NCBI GenBank assembly: GCA_025839675.1
Contig: CP104013.1
Coordinates: 900,001-932,000 of the forward strand
Direction: 5' to 3'
DNA length: 32,000 nt
DNA from: Candidatus Lokiarchaeum ossiferum
Lineage (GTDB): Archaea; Asgardarchaeota; Lokiarchaeia; Sigyniarchaeales; Promethearchaeaceae
Positions within the stretch are counted from its first letter, which is position 1. Each line of letters opens with the position of its first letter. The notes below the pieces were generated by a model that did no database searches, was not told where the DNA came from, and saw only the letters and a list, made by a program, of their open reading frames with translations. The position numbers and the translations under genes are program-made. This document shows positions 1 to 8,306 of the stretch, piece after piece.

Positions 1-7
1 CGCTCCT

Positions 8-898
8 ATGATACCCTTCATAGATATTTTGAAAAGTAAAAATTTTCCTCAACCCATTTTGCCTATGCCTTGCAGGATAGATAAGGTTGTTAATGGAAGT
101 ACCTCTTTAACCATGCTACCAAAAAAACCAATCTCGATCGAATATGATTCCAAGATCATCACTTATGATTTTCATAAATTGTATTTATCTTTCTACCAAA
201 ATATCATCTATTACGCCAAAATCAAATACAAAGAAATGACTCAACGAGAACTCCCAATTTCATTAGCAAAAAAATGGTGGGTTCAGTCGAAACCTCTTAA
301 AGGTCAGATTAAGAATTATTCTCAAGATATAGATTTTCTTTTAACAAGCTACTTAAAGGCTTACATTAATTATTTACAATCTAATAACCAAGAAGAAGCC
401 TTATTGGAATATTGCAAAGAAATTATTGACTATTGTCAAAAAAAAATTGAAGAAAACTCAATAACCTTCAATTTTAAGGAAAAAGAAATTACAAAAAGAA
501 TGTATCGAACCAAAAAGAAGTACCATTTTCCAGATATTTGGGAGTTTGATGTTTTAAGTGAAGAAACACAAAAAACAACAAGAAAAGCTTTCATCCCAGT
601 GATGATTTACGATGATCTACTTGAAAGCTTTCTTTATAATAAAATGAATTTAGAAAAGAAAATGGGGAACCTTCAGGAAGAATATGGGGAAACCGAAGAA
701 AATGAAGATGAGATTGACGTGAATTCTATAGAATTTGTAGGTTTCAAAGAGTTAGAAGATATGAAAATTATAGTTCATATTCCAACGAATCAATACAAAG
801 AAAATGATGTTGATTTAAAAAATATTATTAATAAAATTGAGTTTAGCGATATCTTTATTGATGTAGAGGAAGAAGACGATGATTTCTTCAATATCTAA
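8..898 (+). CDS. hypothetical protein with acidic C-terminal tail; possibly 5'-truncated by the window edge
   Basis: The frame has no stop between position 2 and the ATG at 8, so the true start may lie upstream. Lys/Glu-rich with no motif I recognise. Ends in ...VEEEDDDFFNI. Confidence 0.45.
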   Translation: MIPFIDILKSKNFPQPILPMPCRIDKVVNGSTSLTMLPKKPISIEYDSKIITYDFHKLYLSFYQNIIYYAKIKYKEMTQRELPISLAKKWWVQSKPLKGQIKNYSQDIDFLLTSYLKAYINYLQSNNQEEALLEYCKEIIDYCQKKIEENSITFNFKEKEITKRMYRTKKKYHFPDIWEFDVLSEETQKTTRKAFIPVMIYDDLLESFLYNKMNLEKKMGNLQEEYGETEENEDEIDVNSIEFVGFKELEDMKIIVHIPTNQYKENDVDLKNIINKIEFSDIFIDVEEEDDDFFNI

Positions 899-1017
899 TT
901 TTTTATCTCCTTATTATATATAACATTTTTAATGGAAAATTCATTAGCATGCATAGTAGGAGAGTTTATTAAAATATAATTTTTGACGAACGATTTTAAA
1001 GTAGAAATGAGAAAAAA

Positions 1018-2979
1018 TTACAGATTTTGAATTTCCAAAATTTGTTTTTCGATTTTTTGTTTTAGTAATTCTAATCTTCCAACCTTCTGTTCATAATCTT
1101 CATCTGAAAGATCTCCAGTAATGTTTTCCATCTCAAGATCTAACATTTTGTTGTTTACATTCGCTAATTTAATTTTTAATTCAGTTACCATTTGTACAGA
1201 AGATTTAGTTTCCGTTGAAATTGACTCAGCTTTAACCGGAGGTGAAACATCGTGTTTATTAGAACTTTGGTCGAGATGTGGAATCGGGGGCGGAATAACA
1301 GCAGAAACAGATGCATTTGAAGAAGATGGTTCGTTTATGGGAGATAATATACTCGGACTTATACCCAAAGTAGCTTTTGAAAGCGGATTTTCTGGAGATT
1401 TGGGGGTTTCTTTTTTTGCTTGTAATTTGTTTAATAACATCCCCAATTGGTCCAGTTGTTGAGGGGGCTGAGATGCACCATCAGGAAGAACGGTTGATTT
1501 TGGTGCTGGAGGAACTTGTACAGAAGGCTTCGGAGGCACCTGAACGGGTGGTGCGGGAGGGACTTGCACGGAAGATGCTGGAGGAACTTGTACAGATGGC
1601 TTCGGAGGCACCTGAACGGGTGCTGCGGGAGGAACCTGCACGGAAGGTGCTGGAGGAACTTGTACAGATGGCTTCGGAGGCACCTGAACGGGTGCTGCGG
1701 GAGGAACCTGCACGGAAGGTGCTGGAGGAACTTGTACAGAAGGTTTCGGAGGCACCTGAACGGGTGCTGCGGGAGGAACCTGCACGGAAGGTGCTGGAGG
1801 AACTTGTACAGAAGGTTTCGGAGGCACCTGAACGGGTGCTGCGGGAGGAACCTGCACGGAAGGTGCTGGAGGAACTTGTACAGATGGCTTCGGAGCGTTT
1901 TGAATTGGTGTAGATGAAGAATCTTGGCTTGCAGGTGCCATTTGCTTTAGTATGGAGCGTATTTTCTGAGATTTTTCATTAAAATCTTGACTTACTCGAT
2001 CGTCCCCTAATTCCAAGCTCAAATCAGCAAGCGTTTCAAATAATTTTACAGCAGCAAGAAAGTCTCCCCCTTCAAGAGCTTGTTCAGCTTCTTTTAATTT
2101 TCTATCGCGCTCTAATAGAGGTTTTAATAATGGTGAAACTTCCCCAGACATTTCTAAAATGTCAGCAATAATTGTAATCATTTTATCGCGATTATCCGGA
2201 TCTGTAGCAATCATAGAATAAGCTTTGATATTCAAGTGTCTTTCAATATCTGCAATGGGAAGTGCATCTGGCAAATCTTGTTTGTTTCCAATTGCAGCTG
2301 CATGAGCATAAGGAGCTTCTTTTTTAATTAATTCAACAAAATATTTACTCTTTTCACAATTTTCCAGTGAAGAATCAGTGATCAATAACACTGCATCGGA
2401 ACCTTTAATGAAATTATTCCACAAGAAACTAAATTGTTCCTGTCCTGCAAAATCCCATAAATGGAAATGCAGTTTTCCAATTTTTATTGTTCCAATATCT
2501 CCTGTAATCGTAGGTACATGTTCAACAGGAATATCTTCAGCAGTGATCAAACGAGTGATGGTAGTTTTCCCAACTCCTGAAAAACCCACTAAAGAAATTT
2601 TCGGCCGAAGATTCTTATGAATTAATTCAATTGTGGGATCAAAAATCTCAAAAGTATCTTCATCGAGTTTTTCATCCATAATTGATCCAAACATATCCAT
2701 AAATTCTTTTCTGCACCGGGATAATTCTTTTTTCACGTTTGCAAATTTATCAGATAAATCAGAAACGAAGAAGAAAATTACGTTTTGTTCTGGAACGGAT
2801 AAATAATTAATACGATATTTAAAGAAATCATGAAATTGAGTGTTTTCGGTTGCAATCTTAAAAGCTTCAGAAGATATTTGTTTATAGGCTTGATTGAATC
2901 CCTCATCATCTAACCCTTTTCCAAAATCTCGTTTGTAAATAATTTCACTATCTTTTGTTATGTAAACTTGTCGTAGCAT
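1018..2979 (-). CDS. multidomain Ras-superfamily small GTPase: N-terminal longin/roadblock-like domain + G domain + helical region + 16 Pro-rich octads + C-terminal coiled coil
   Basis: ATG at 2979 with GTGAGG about 14 nt upstream. G1 GFSGVGKT, switch-I Thr in PTITGD, G3 WDFAGQE, G4 GNKQD (Rab/Ras-like). About 125 aa of alternating beta/alpha pattern precede the P-loop. Then (VQVPPxxx)x16 and a heptad-rich tail ending ...KQILEIQNL. No C-terminal Cys for prenylation. Confidence 0.85.
   Translation of the reverse strand: MLRQVYITKDSEIIYKRDFGKGLDDEGFNQAYKQISSEAFKIATENTQFHDFFKYRINYLSVPEQNVIFFFVSDLSDKFANVKKELSRCRKEFMDMFGSIMDEKLDEDTFEIFDPTIELIHKNLRPKISLVGFSGVGKTTITRLITAEDIPVEHVPTITGDIGTIKIGKLHFHLWDFAGQEQFSFLWNNFIKGSDAVLLITDSSLENCEKSKYFVELIKKEAPYAHAAAIGNKQDLPDALPIADIERHLNIKAYSMIATDPDNRDKMITIIADILEMSGEVSPLLKPLLERDRKLKEAEQALEGGDFLAAVKLFETLADLSLELGDDRVSQDFNEKSQKIRSILKQMAPASQDSSSTPIQNAPKPSVQVPPAPSVQVPPAAPVQVPPKPSVQVPPAPSVQVPPAAPVQVPPKPSVQVPPAPSVQVPPAAPVQVPPKPSVQVPPAPSVQVPPAAPVQVPPKPSVQVPPASSVQVPPAPPVQVPPKPSVQVPPAPKSTVLPDGASQPPQQLDQLGMLLNKLQAKKETPKSPENPLSKATLGISPSILSPINEPSSSNASVSAVIPPPIPHLDQSSNKHDVSPPVKAESISTETKSSVQMVTELKIKLANVNNKMLDLEMENITGDLSDEDYEQKVGRLELLKQKIEKQILEIQNL
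1502..1895. repeat. 72-bp tandem repeat, about 5.5 copies (24-bp sub-period), inside the GTPase CDS
   Basis: Units start at 1508, 1580, 1652, 1724, 1796 and 1868 (partial). Units 1580 and 1652 are identical, as are 1724 and 1796; the two pairs differ at 2 nt. One unit is 44/72 G+C by hand count, in an AT-rich window. On the minus strand it encodes PKPSVQVPPAPSVQVPPAAPVQVP. Confidence 0.95.
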
Positions 2980-3075
2980 GAATTTGATGCCTCACTCGGT
3001 ATACTGTTTCTTCCTAGTAACAATTAATATATAGTTAATATAAATGATTTTATCCCCTTAATAGTTTCAGAGCGA

Positions 3076-3591
3076 TTATTTTTTTGCGAGATTTTTGATT
3101 AAATGTTTGAAAATAGGAAAGCGATCTTCATTGATTTGATCTTGGTTTTCATGGGTTAATTCTAAGAATTCTTCATGCAAATCCAAATTCTCTATTTTAA
3201 ATGATATAGGATTATTTGTAGATCTATCCAATGTGGAACTAATCCGTGTTATACTGGGCATATATTGAGCTAAATCTACATCTTTTGATACATAACTCAT
3301 TAAATAAACGTGCTTTGCGAATGTTATTATGATATTGGCATCTTCCGATTCTAAAACTAAGCTACTAATGCTTTTCACCCCTAGTTCATCACCAACTTTA
3401 TCCCTTTGGAGAATTAGATCCCATAATCGAGGAGAAATTAATTTCCCTTTTTGAAATTTTTGAATTTTTGAAGCTAAAATAATACCGTATTTATTTATAA
3501 TGGCAGTATTGGTCCCTATCATATCAAAAATTTGCTGGACAACACTTTTCCAATTTATTTCTTCCGTTGTAGCCGATGTTTGCTGAGTCAT
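3076..3591 (-). CDS. Roadblock/LC7 (MglB-like) domain protein
   Basis: 171 aa, lying 96 bp upstream of the GTPase on the same strand. The pattern WKSVVQQIFDMIGTNTAIINKYGIILAS ... SLVLESEDANIIITFAKHVYLMSYVS matches the Roadblock alpha-beta-beta-alpha-beta-beta-beta layout by eye. A C-terminal ~50-aa extension follows. Confidence 0.5.
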   Translation of the reverse strand: MTQQTSATTEEINWKSVVQQIFDMIGTNTAIINKYGIILASKIQKFQKGKLISPRLWDLILQRDKVGDELGVKSISSLVLESEDANIIITFAKHVYLMSYVSKDVDLAQYMPSITRISSTLDRSTNNPISFKIENLDLHEEFLELTHENQDQINEDRFPIFKHLIKNLAKK

Positions 3592-3806
3592 TTTTTTTCT
3601 TGAATCGCTAATTTAATTATTTTAATAAGTAATATTTGGTTTCAGACCATATATATTTTTAACATGTTAATTTAATTATCCCTCAAAAGTCTAATGGGAA
3701 TGCTTTTTTACTTTTAAAAAACAATTAATTAATTAGAAAGAAAATCAAGAATATATTATAAAAAAAATTGCTTCATTACATATTAGCATGGATTTAGTGA
3801 CTAAAA

Positions 3807-5165
3807 ATGGGAGATAAAGATTTAGAAAACATTATTTCTTCTATTGGACAAGAAGAAATGGCAGTAGCTCAAAAACAAGCTCAAATAGATCGCCTTAAAC
3901 AGTTAATTATTAAGCAAAAAACAGAGATGGCGGAACAACAGAAATTGATTCAAGAATTGCAAGGACGAATAAATAATATGTATGATTTGCCTGCAGATAT
4001 CGAAGAATTAAAACGAATGGTTGGAGAGATGAGGGCTGAAAATAATCATAAAGATCAACAATTACAAATGGCTTATGGAACTATTGCTGAAAAGGATGCT
4101 GAATTAAAAACAACCAAAGTCCAGATAGAACCATTATCGCGCAATCTTGATACGTACATCGCACAAGTTGGAGAATTAAAAGCGAAATTAATTGAACAAA
4201 ATGGACTTATCAATATGAAGCAAAAAGAAATTGATGAACTCCAAATGGCCAACGAGGCTACAAACCAAAATTTAGAAAAAATGGAAATGGAATTTGCCCA
4301 ACGGGTACAAGCGAGATTGAAACAATTCATGGATACTGAAGATCAGTATCAAAGCCGAATTTCTAAAATGGAAGCAGAATTCGAAGAACGCACCAAGAAA
4401 ATGCAAGAACAATATAGTGTACAAGTTGATAAAGCTCAAGGATCAGTTCAAGACACGTATGAGCAATTAGCATCATTGAAAAGTGATTTAGCTCAAAAAG
4501 ATGTTAAGATCACTATTTTGAGTCGAGAGCTTCAGGAAGCGAATACTTCGATTGTCCAAGAAAAATCAACTAACGAAGCTTTACAGAAAGAAATTAATTC
4601 AATTAAAGATAATCTTCGAGAAAAAGATATCGTATCTGCAGATTTTAAGAGTAAAATCGAAGCGGAATTAAAAAACGAGTTATTTACCGCAAAATCAGAA
4701 TTTACTCGAAAAATTAATGAGCTTGAATCTCAATTATTAGATAAAAATCTTAAAATTCAGGAACTCACCCAAAACAGCCAAAGCGCAGATAAACGTGTGA
4801 TCGAAATCAAAGCCCATTTAGACGAATTAATGGCAAAAAACAATGAAATCTCAACAAAATACCAAGAAATGTTGGAAAAATCTGAAAATCAAGATAAAAC
4901 AAACGCTGATTTAATCGCATTTAAGAAGAAAAATGAAGGAATTGCAAAAAATATGGAAGGATTAATGCAATTATTCGAAGAAGAACCTCTATTCCGGACT
5001 TATTTATTAGTAAGAGATGTTGGTGCAATGGATCCGGGTTTATTAAAGAATGCCTTAGGTGTTCCAAGTATTACGGTGCAAAAATATATTGAGAAGTTTA
5101 TGAAAGTGGATCTTTTTGAAAAGGTGGGTGAAAAGATTACTCTTAAACATAAACTTGCTAATTAG
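3807..5165 (+). CDS. long coiled-coil protein with C-terminal winged-helix (wHTH-like) domain
   Basis: 452 aa. About 380 aa are Gln/Glu/Lys-rich heptad-like sequence with no Pro or Gly breaks. The C-terminus LFRTYLLVRDVGAMDPGLLKNALGVPSITVQKYIEKFMKVDLFEKVGEKITLK reads as H1-H2-H3-wing. It is divergent from the Roadblock gene across a 215-bp AT-rich spacer. Confidence 0.7.
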   Translation: MGDKDLENIISSIGQEEMAVAQKQAQIDRLKQLIIKQKTEMAEQQKLIQELQGRINNMYDLPADIEELKRMVGEMRAENNHKDQQLQMAYGTIAEKDAELKTTKVQIEPLSRNLDTYIAQVGELKAKLIEQNGLINMKQKEIDELQMANEATNQNLEKMEMEFAQRVQARLKQFMDTEDQYQSRISKMEAEFEERTKKMQEQYSVQVDKAQGSVQDTYEQLASLKSDLAQKDVKITILSRELQEANTSIVQEKSTNEALQKEINSIKDNLREKDIVSADFKSKIEAELKNELFTAKSEFTRKINELESQLLDKNLKIQELTQNSQSADKRVIEIKAHLDELMAKNNEISTKYQEMLEKSENQDKTNADLIAFKKKNEGIAKNMEGLMQLFEEEPLFRTYLLVRDVGAMDPGLLKNALGVPSITVQKYIEKFMKVDLFEKVGEKITLKHKLAN

Positions 5166-5169
5166 GGAA

Positions 5170-5211
5170 TTTTTTTTTTATTAATTTGAGTTTTTTTGTA
5201 AACTTTTTTTT
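5170..5211 (+). terminator. oligo-T termination tracts after the coiled-coil gene
   Basis: T10 (5170-5179), T7 (5191-5197) and T8 (5204-5211) lie directly after the stop at 5165. Archaeal RNA polymerase terminates at oligo-T. Confidence 0.45.
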
Positions 5212-5370
5212 CGAGAATCAATCTTTTTCCAATTTAACTCTTTATCATGATCATATCAAGTTTTTCATGATATTTGAACCAATTATTTACAAAATCTTAA
5301 AAGTTAGTAGAGCTGAGTTATCATTATAGAATTATTGAATCGCAATATACTAAGTGGAGTAAAAAAAAAA

Positions 5371-5748
5371 ATGCCTCAAGGAATTTTAGTATTACGCTGG
5401 GATAATGAAATAGGACCAGTTTTAATCGCAAGCTACCCTGAAAACTTAAAGGTTACCAACAATCTTTTAACTCAAGTTTATTCGGCACACAGATATTCAT
5501 CTTTAACACCGGGTTTCAGTTCCCTGACATTAAAAAATAATAAAGTTGTTTCGTTCTTTTCCGGCTTGGGGGAAAAATATGTCGAAGTAGAAAACTATGT
5601 TGTTGCCTTATTATTACGTCGAGATGAAAGTGTGGCAAAATATAGAGGCATTTTGAATAAAATTGCAGCGAATATTTTAGGAAACATTGAAAACAACAAA
5701 TATAAAAAATTGATTCCAAAACTATATCAAGATCTATCCCGTGTATAG
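5371..5748 (+). CDS. small longin/roadblock-like protein (125 aa)
   Basis: I prefer the ATG at 5371 (GGAG about 12 nt upstream) over the TTG at 5335 used in the ORF track. MPQGILVLRWDNEIGPVLIASYP ... VVSFFSG ... YVVALLLRRDE ... YRGILNKIAANIL gives a beta-beta-alpha-beta-beta-beta-alpha pattern like the N-domains of the two GTPases. Confidence 0.45.
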   Translation: MPQGILVLRWDNEIGPVLIASYPENLKVTNNLLTQVYSAHRYSSLTPGFSSLTLKNNKVVSFFSGLGEKYVEVENYVVALLLRRDESVAKYRGILNKIAANILGNIENNKYKKLIPKLYQDLSRV

Positions 5749-6072
5749 ATTTGTTTTACTGAAAATAATCTCGATCCATTTTTTCCAATTTCTTAAAAAT
5801 CATTCAAGTTGAATAGGAGCTTTTGAATCTACTTTAACATCATAAAATGCAATTCCCTTCACATAATATTGTTTTTTTTTGATCTAAATTGATCCAATTT
5901 TGAAGAAAAATTAAGAAATCTTTAGAATTAATCTTCCAACTTTTAAGATTTTCGGTATATGTATATCTAAAAATATCTTAGTTAGAGATAAACTGCTAAA
6001 ATTGAGAGTGATTGTCATTTCCGAAATGATTACTAAATTTTTTTTATAGTGCATGATTATCATATTTTATAT

Positions 6073-7617
6073 ATGACACGTAAAACGTTGAAAAAACTAG
6101 TACCTTTGATAATTCTATTTATAGTAATATATTCCATAAATTTTGGACCTATTAAAGAACAAAGATCCCGTAATAATACATCAATTGAACAGCCATCACC
6201 TTCAGAAATGGTTGGAACAATCCTTAATCCGCAATATTTTTGGATAGACCATCCTTTCGAAATTTCCTTTCGGATTGGGAATGAATATTTATTAAATTTT
6301 ACACCTTATTTCGCAGGAGAAACCCCCCTAAGATGGGAAATCCACCACCAATTAAATGGAAGTCGAATATTAAATGGAACCTTCTCAAATGCAACATTAA
6401 TAAGTCAAAATATCGCACCTAACTTTACGATTGATGGATTTTATTACATTAATTTGTGTTTTTATACTACAAATCACTTGTTCAACTCTTCGATCTCCGT
6501 AGATGTGCAAGAACGTCCTTCTGGACAGTATTTTTATACCAATCCACATGAAGTTGAAAATCAAATTCTCATAAATCAACCTTCTCAAATGGAATGGATT
6601 CCATATTTTGCAGGATATTCTGCTCAAGGTTGGGAACTTTTTGCAGGACAAATGGTTGAAGGAAATGACCCACAGCATCAATTAATTTACAGCGGTGATT
6701 ATTATGATGGGGTGCCGTTTGTGTTAGATATTGGAAATATTTTTGACACTCCTGATAATTATGAACTTATATTAATTTTTGATACAGGGGAAGATCAGGT
6801 ATTTTCATACTATTTCTATTACGAAGTTTTAGCAGAAGAATATTCCACTTACTTTGAAATAACTCATAATTCAAACATTCAGTTTAACTTAGGACAAATT
6901 CAGATTTTAGAGTACACACCTCATTTTTCGAACTATACTCCCTGGAGATATGAATTCTCTTATATTGATACTCATTCGGTCCTCGATATGGGAAGCTATG
7001 TAAATGCTGGATTTATTCAATATAATATTTCTCAGTGGTTTGAAAATCCTGGAAATTATACATTTAAAATGACTTTCTTGACCAAAGAGCTGAGATCCTT
7101 CACTGCAAACACAACGGTTGAGATATTTGAACAGTTAGAAGAAGATTCCACCCCTCCAGAGTGGAATGATCCAATAAACAATATTACAATCTTTGTAGGA
7201 ACTCCAATTAATATTAATTTAAATTTCAGTGATTCTGGGGGTATTGCGAGCATAAGTACCAATGATTCAAGCCATATTTCAATAAATGAAACTGGTTTTA
7301 TTCGCAATAGTTCAACTTGGAATGTTGGATCATTTGATATTAACATCTCAATCGAAGATTACAGTGGCAACATTCTAATAATCACCATTTCAGTATTCGT
7401 TCTCTCAACAAATGTAACTGAAACAACTTCTACATCAACAACAACTACTACTGAAACGACAGAAGAACCAACAAATTCGACCAGTAGTAAATCAGAGGGG
7501 AATGAATCTTCAAGTTTCTCGAATATTCCCGGATTTAAATCCCAAATCCTTGGTTTATCTAGTCTATTCATTCTTTTTAAGATATACAGAAAAAACAAAA
7601 AAGATAAATTGCATTAA
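6073..7617 (+). CDS. cell-surface glycoprotein with signal/anchor N-terminus, three internal ~110-aa repeats, Ig/cadherin-like domain, Thr-rich linker and PGF-CTERM-like tail
   Basis: I prefer the ATG at 6073 (MTRKTLKKLVPLIILFIVIY) over the GTG at 6049. The recurring motif is TPYFAGETPLRWE / IPYFAGYSAQGWE / TPHFSNYTPWRYE. I counted about 21 N-x-S/T sequons by eye. The linker is TETTSTSTTTTTETTEEPTNSTSS. The tail is PGFKSQILGLSSLFILFKIYRKNKK. Confidence 0.75.
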   Translation: MTRKTLKKLVPLIILFIVIYSINFGPIKEQRSRNNTSIEQPSPSEMVGTILNPQYFWIDHPFEISFRIGNEYLLNFTPYFAGETPLRWEIHHQLNGSRILNGTFSNATLISQNIAPNFTIDGFYYINLCFYTTNHLFNSSISVDVQERPSGQYFYTNPHEVENQILINQPSQMEWIPYFAGYSAQGWELFAGQMVEGNDPQHQLIYSGDYYDGVPFVLDIGNIFDTPDNYELILIFDTGEDQVFSYYFYYEVLAEEYSTYFEITHNSNIQFNLGQIQILEYTPHFSNYTPWRYEFSYIDTHSVLDMGSYVNAGFIQYNISQWFENPGNYTFKMTFLTKELRSFTANTTVEIFEQLEEDSTPPEWNDPINNITIFVGTPININLNFSDSGGIASISTNDSSHISINETGFIRNSSTWNVGSFDINISIEDYSGNILIITISVFVLSTNVTETTSTSTTTTTETTEEPTNSTSSKSEGNESSSFSNIPGFKSQILGLSSLFILFKIYRKNKKDKLH

Positions 7618-7690
7618 GGAAGTTTTACTACTTTTTTTTACTTTTGCTTTTTACAGCATGAGAATTTATATTTCCACTTTGGAAGGATGA

Positions 7691-8305
7691 CTACATTGTT
7701 TGATATTTCATCCCTTTCTCAAAGGCTTTCAAATTGACTTCATGATATTTTGAGGGAATATTCAATTTGATAGATTCCTTAAGATGATCTTCAGAAAATG
7801 GCATGTTGGAATTTCTTGCGAGAGCACCTAATAAAATGACATTCATTGATTGACTTAATCCCAATTCAGTACTATCTTTAAAGGCATCTACAAGAACAAC
7901 ATTTTTTGTCCAATTTTTCAACTCTTGAGTTAATTCTGAGATGGAAGGAGATTTGACTTTTCCATTTGATATCCTCACAGTTAAAGGTTGAAAAATAGTC
8001 GAATTGACAACGACAACTCCATCCTTCTTTAACCGTGGTAGGGATCTTACGGATTCCAATGCTTCCAAAGCAATAAGTACGTCTGCTTCCCCATCGGAAC
8101 AAATGGGTGATTCTGTAGGATCAAAACCAATTGCTAAATCAGACACAACAACCCCCCCTCGTTGAGCTAAGCCATGAGTTTCCATTGTCATCACGGTGAG
8201 TCCAGCTAATTGAGCAGCCCGTGCAATTATTCGTGAGGTCGCCCCAATGCCTTGACCCCCCATACCAGTAATGTGTACTTTTAATTGTTTATTCATATCT
8301 CTCAC
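7691..8305 (-). CDS. iorB: indolepyruvate:ferredoxin oxidoreductase, beta subunit
   Basis: About 200 aa of the pyruvate/ketoisovalerate oxidoreductase gamma-type domain (ITGMGGQGIGATS...HGLAQRGG). The start lies 1 nt after the iorA stop. The two-subunit alpha+beta layout is typical of IOR. Confidence 0.8.
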   Translation of the reverse strand: MRDMNKQLKVHITGMGGQGIGATSRIIARAAQLAGLTVMTMETHGLAQRGGVVVSDLAIGFDPTESPICSDGEADVLIALEALESVRSLPRLKKDGVVVVNSTIFQPLTVRISNGKVKSPSISELTQELKNWTKNVVLVDAFKDSTELGLSQSMNVILLGALARNSNMPFSEDHLKESIKLNIPSKYHEVNLKAFEKGMKYQTM

Positions 8306-8306
8306 C

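Noticed and set aside
1502-1895. A regular short-period repeat array that could look like a CRISPR
   Set aside because: The units are contiguous with no unique spacers, the period is 72 bp with a 24-bp sub-period, and the array is in frame within a CDS. No cas genes are nearby.
1377-1917. Long plus-strand ORFs (178 aa and 133 aa) with striking internal repeats (EELVQMASEAPERVLREEPARKVL..., RRHLNGCCGRNLHGRCWRNLY...)
   Set aside because: They are antisense or alternate-frame readings of the 72-bp tandem array. Any frame stays open through a perfect repeat. The minus-strand frame is continuous with a bona fide G domain, so that is the real gene.
5335-5370. Upstream alternative starts used by the ORF track (TTG 5335, GTG 6049, TTG 25652, TTG 26528)
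   Set aside because: In each case a downstream ATG gives a more sensible N-terminus (signal peptide or conserved start) and/or has a GGAG/GAGG-type site at proper spacing. Coordinates were adjusted accordingly, with moderate confidence.
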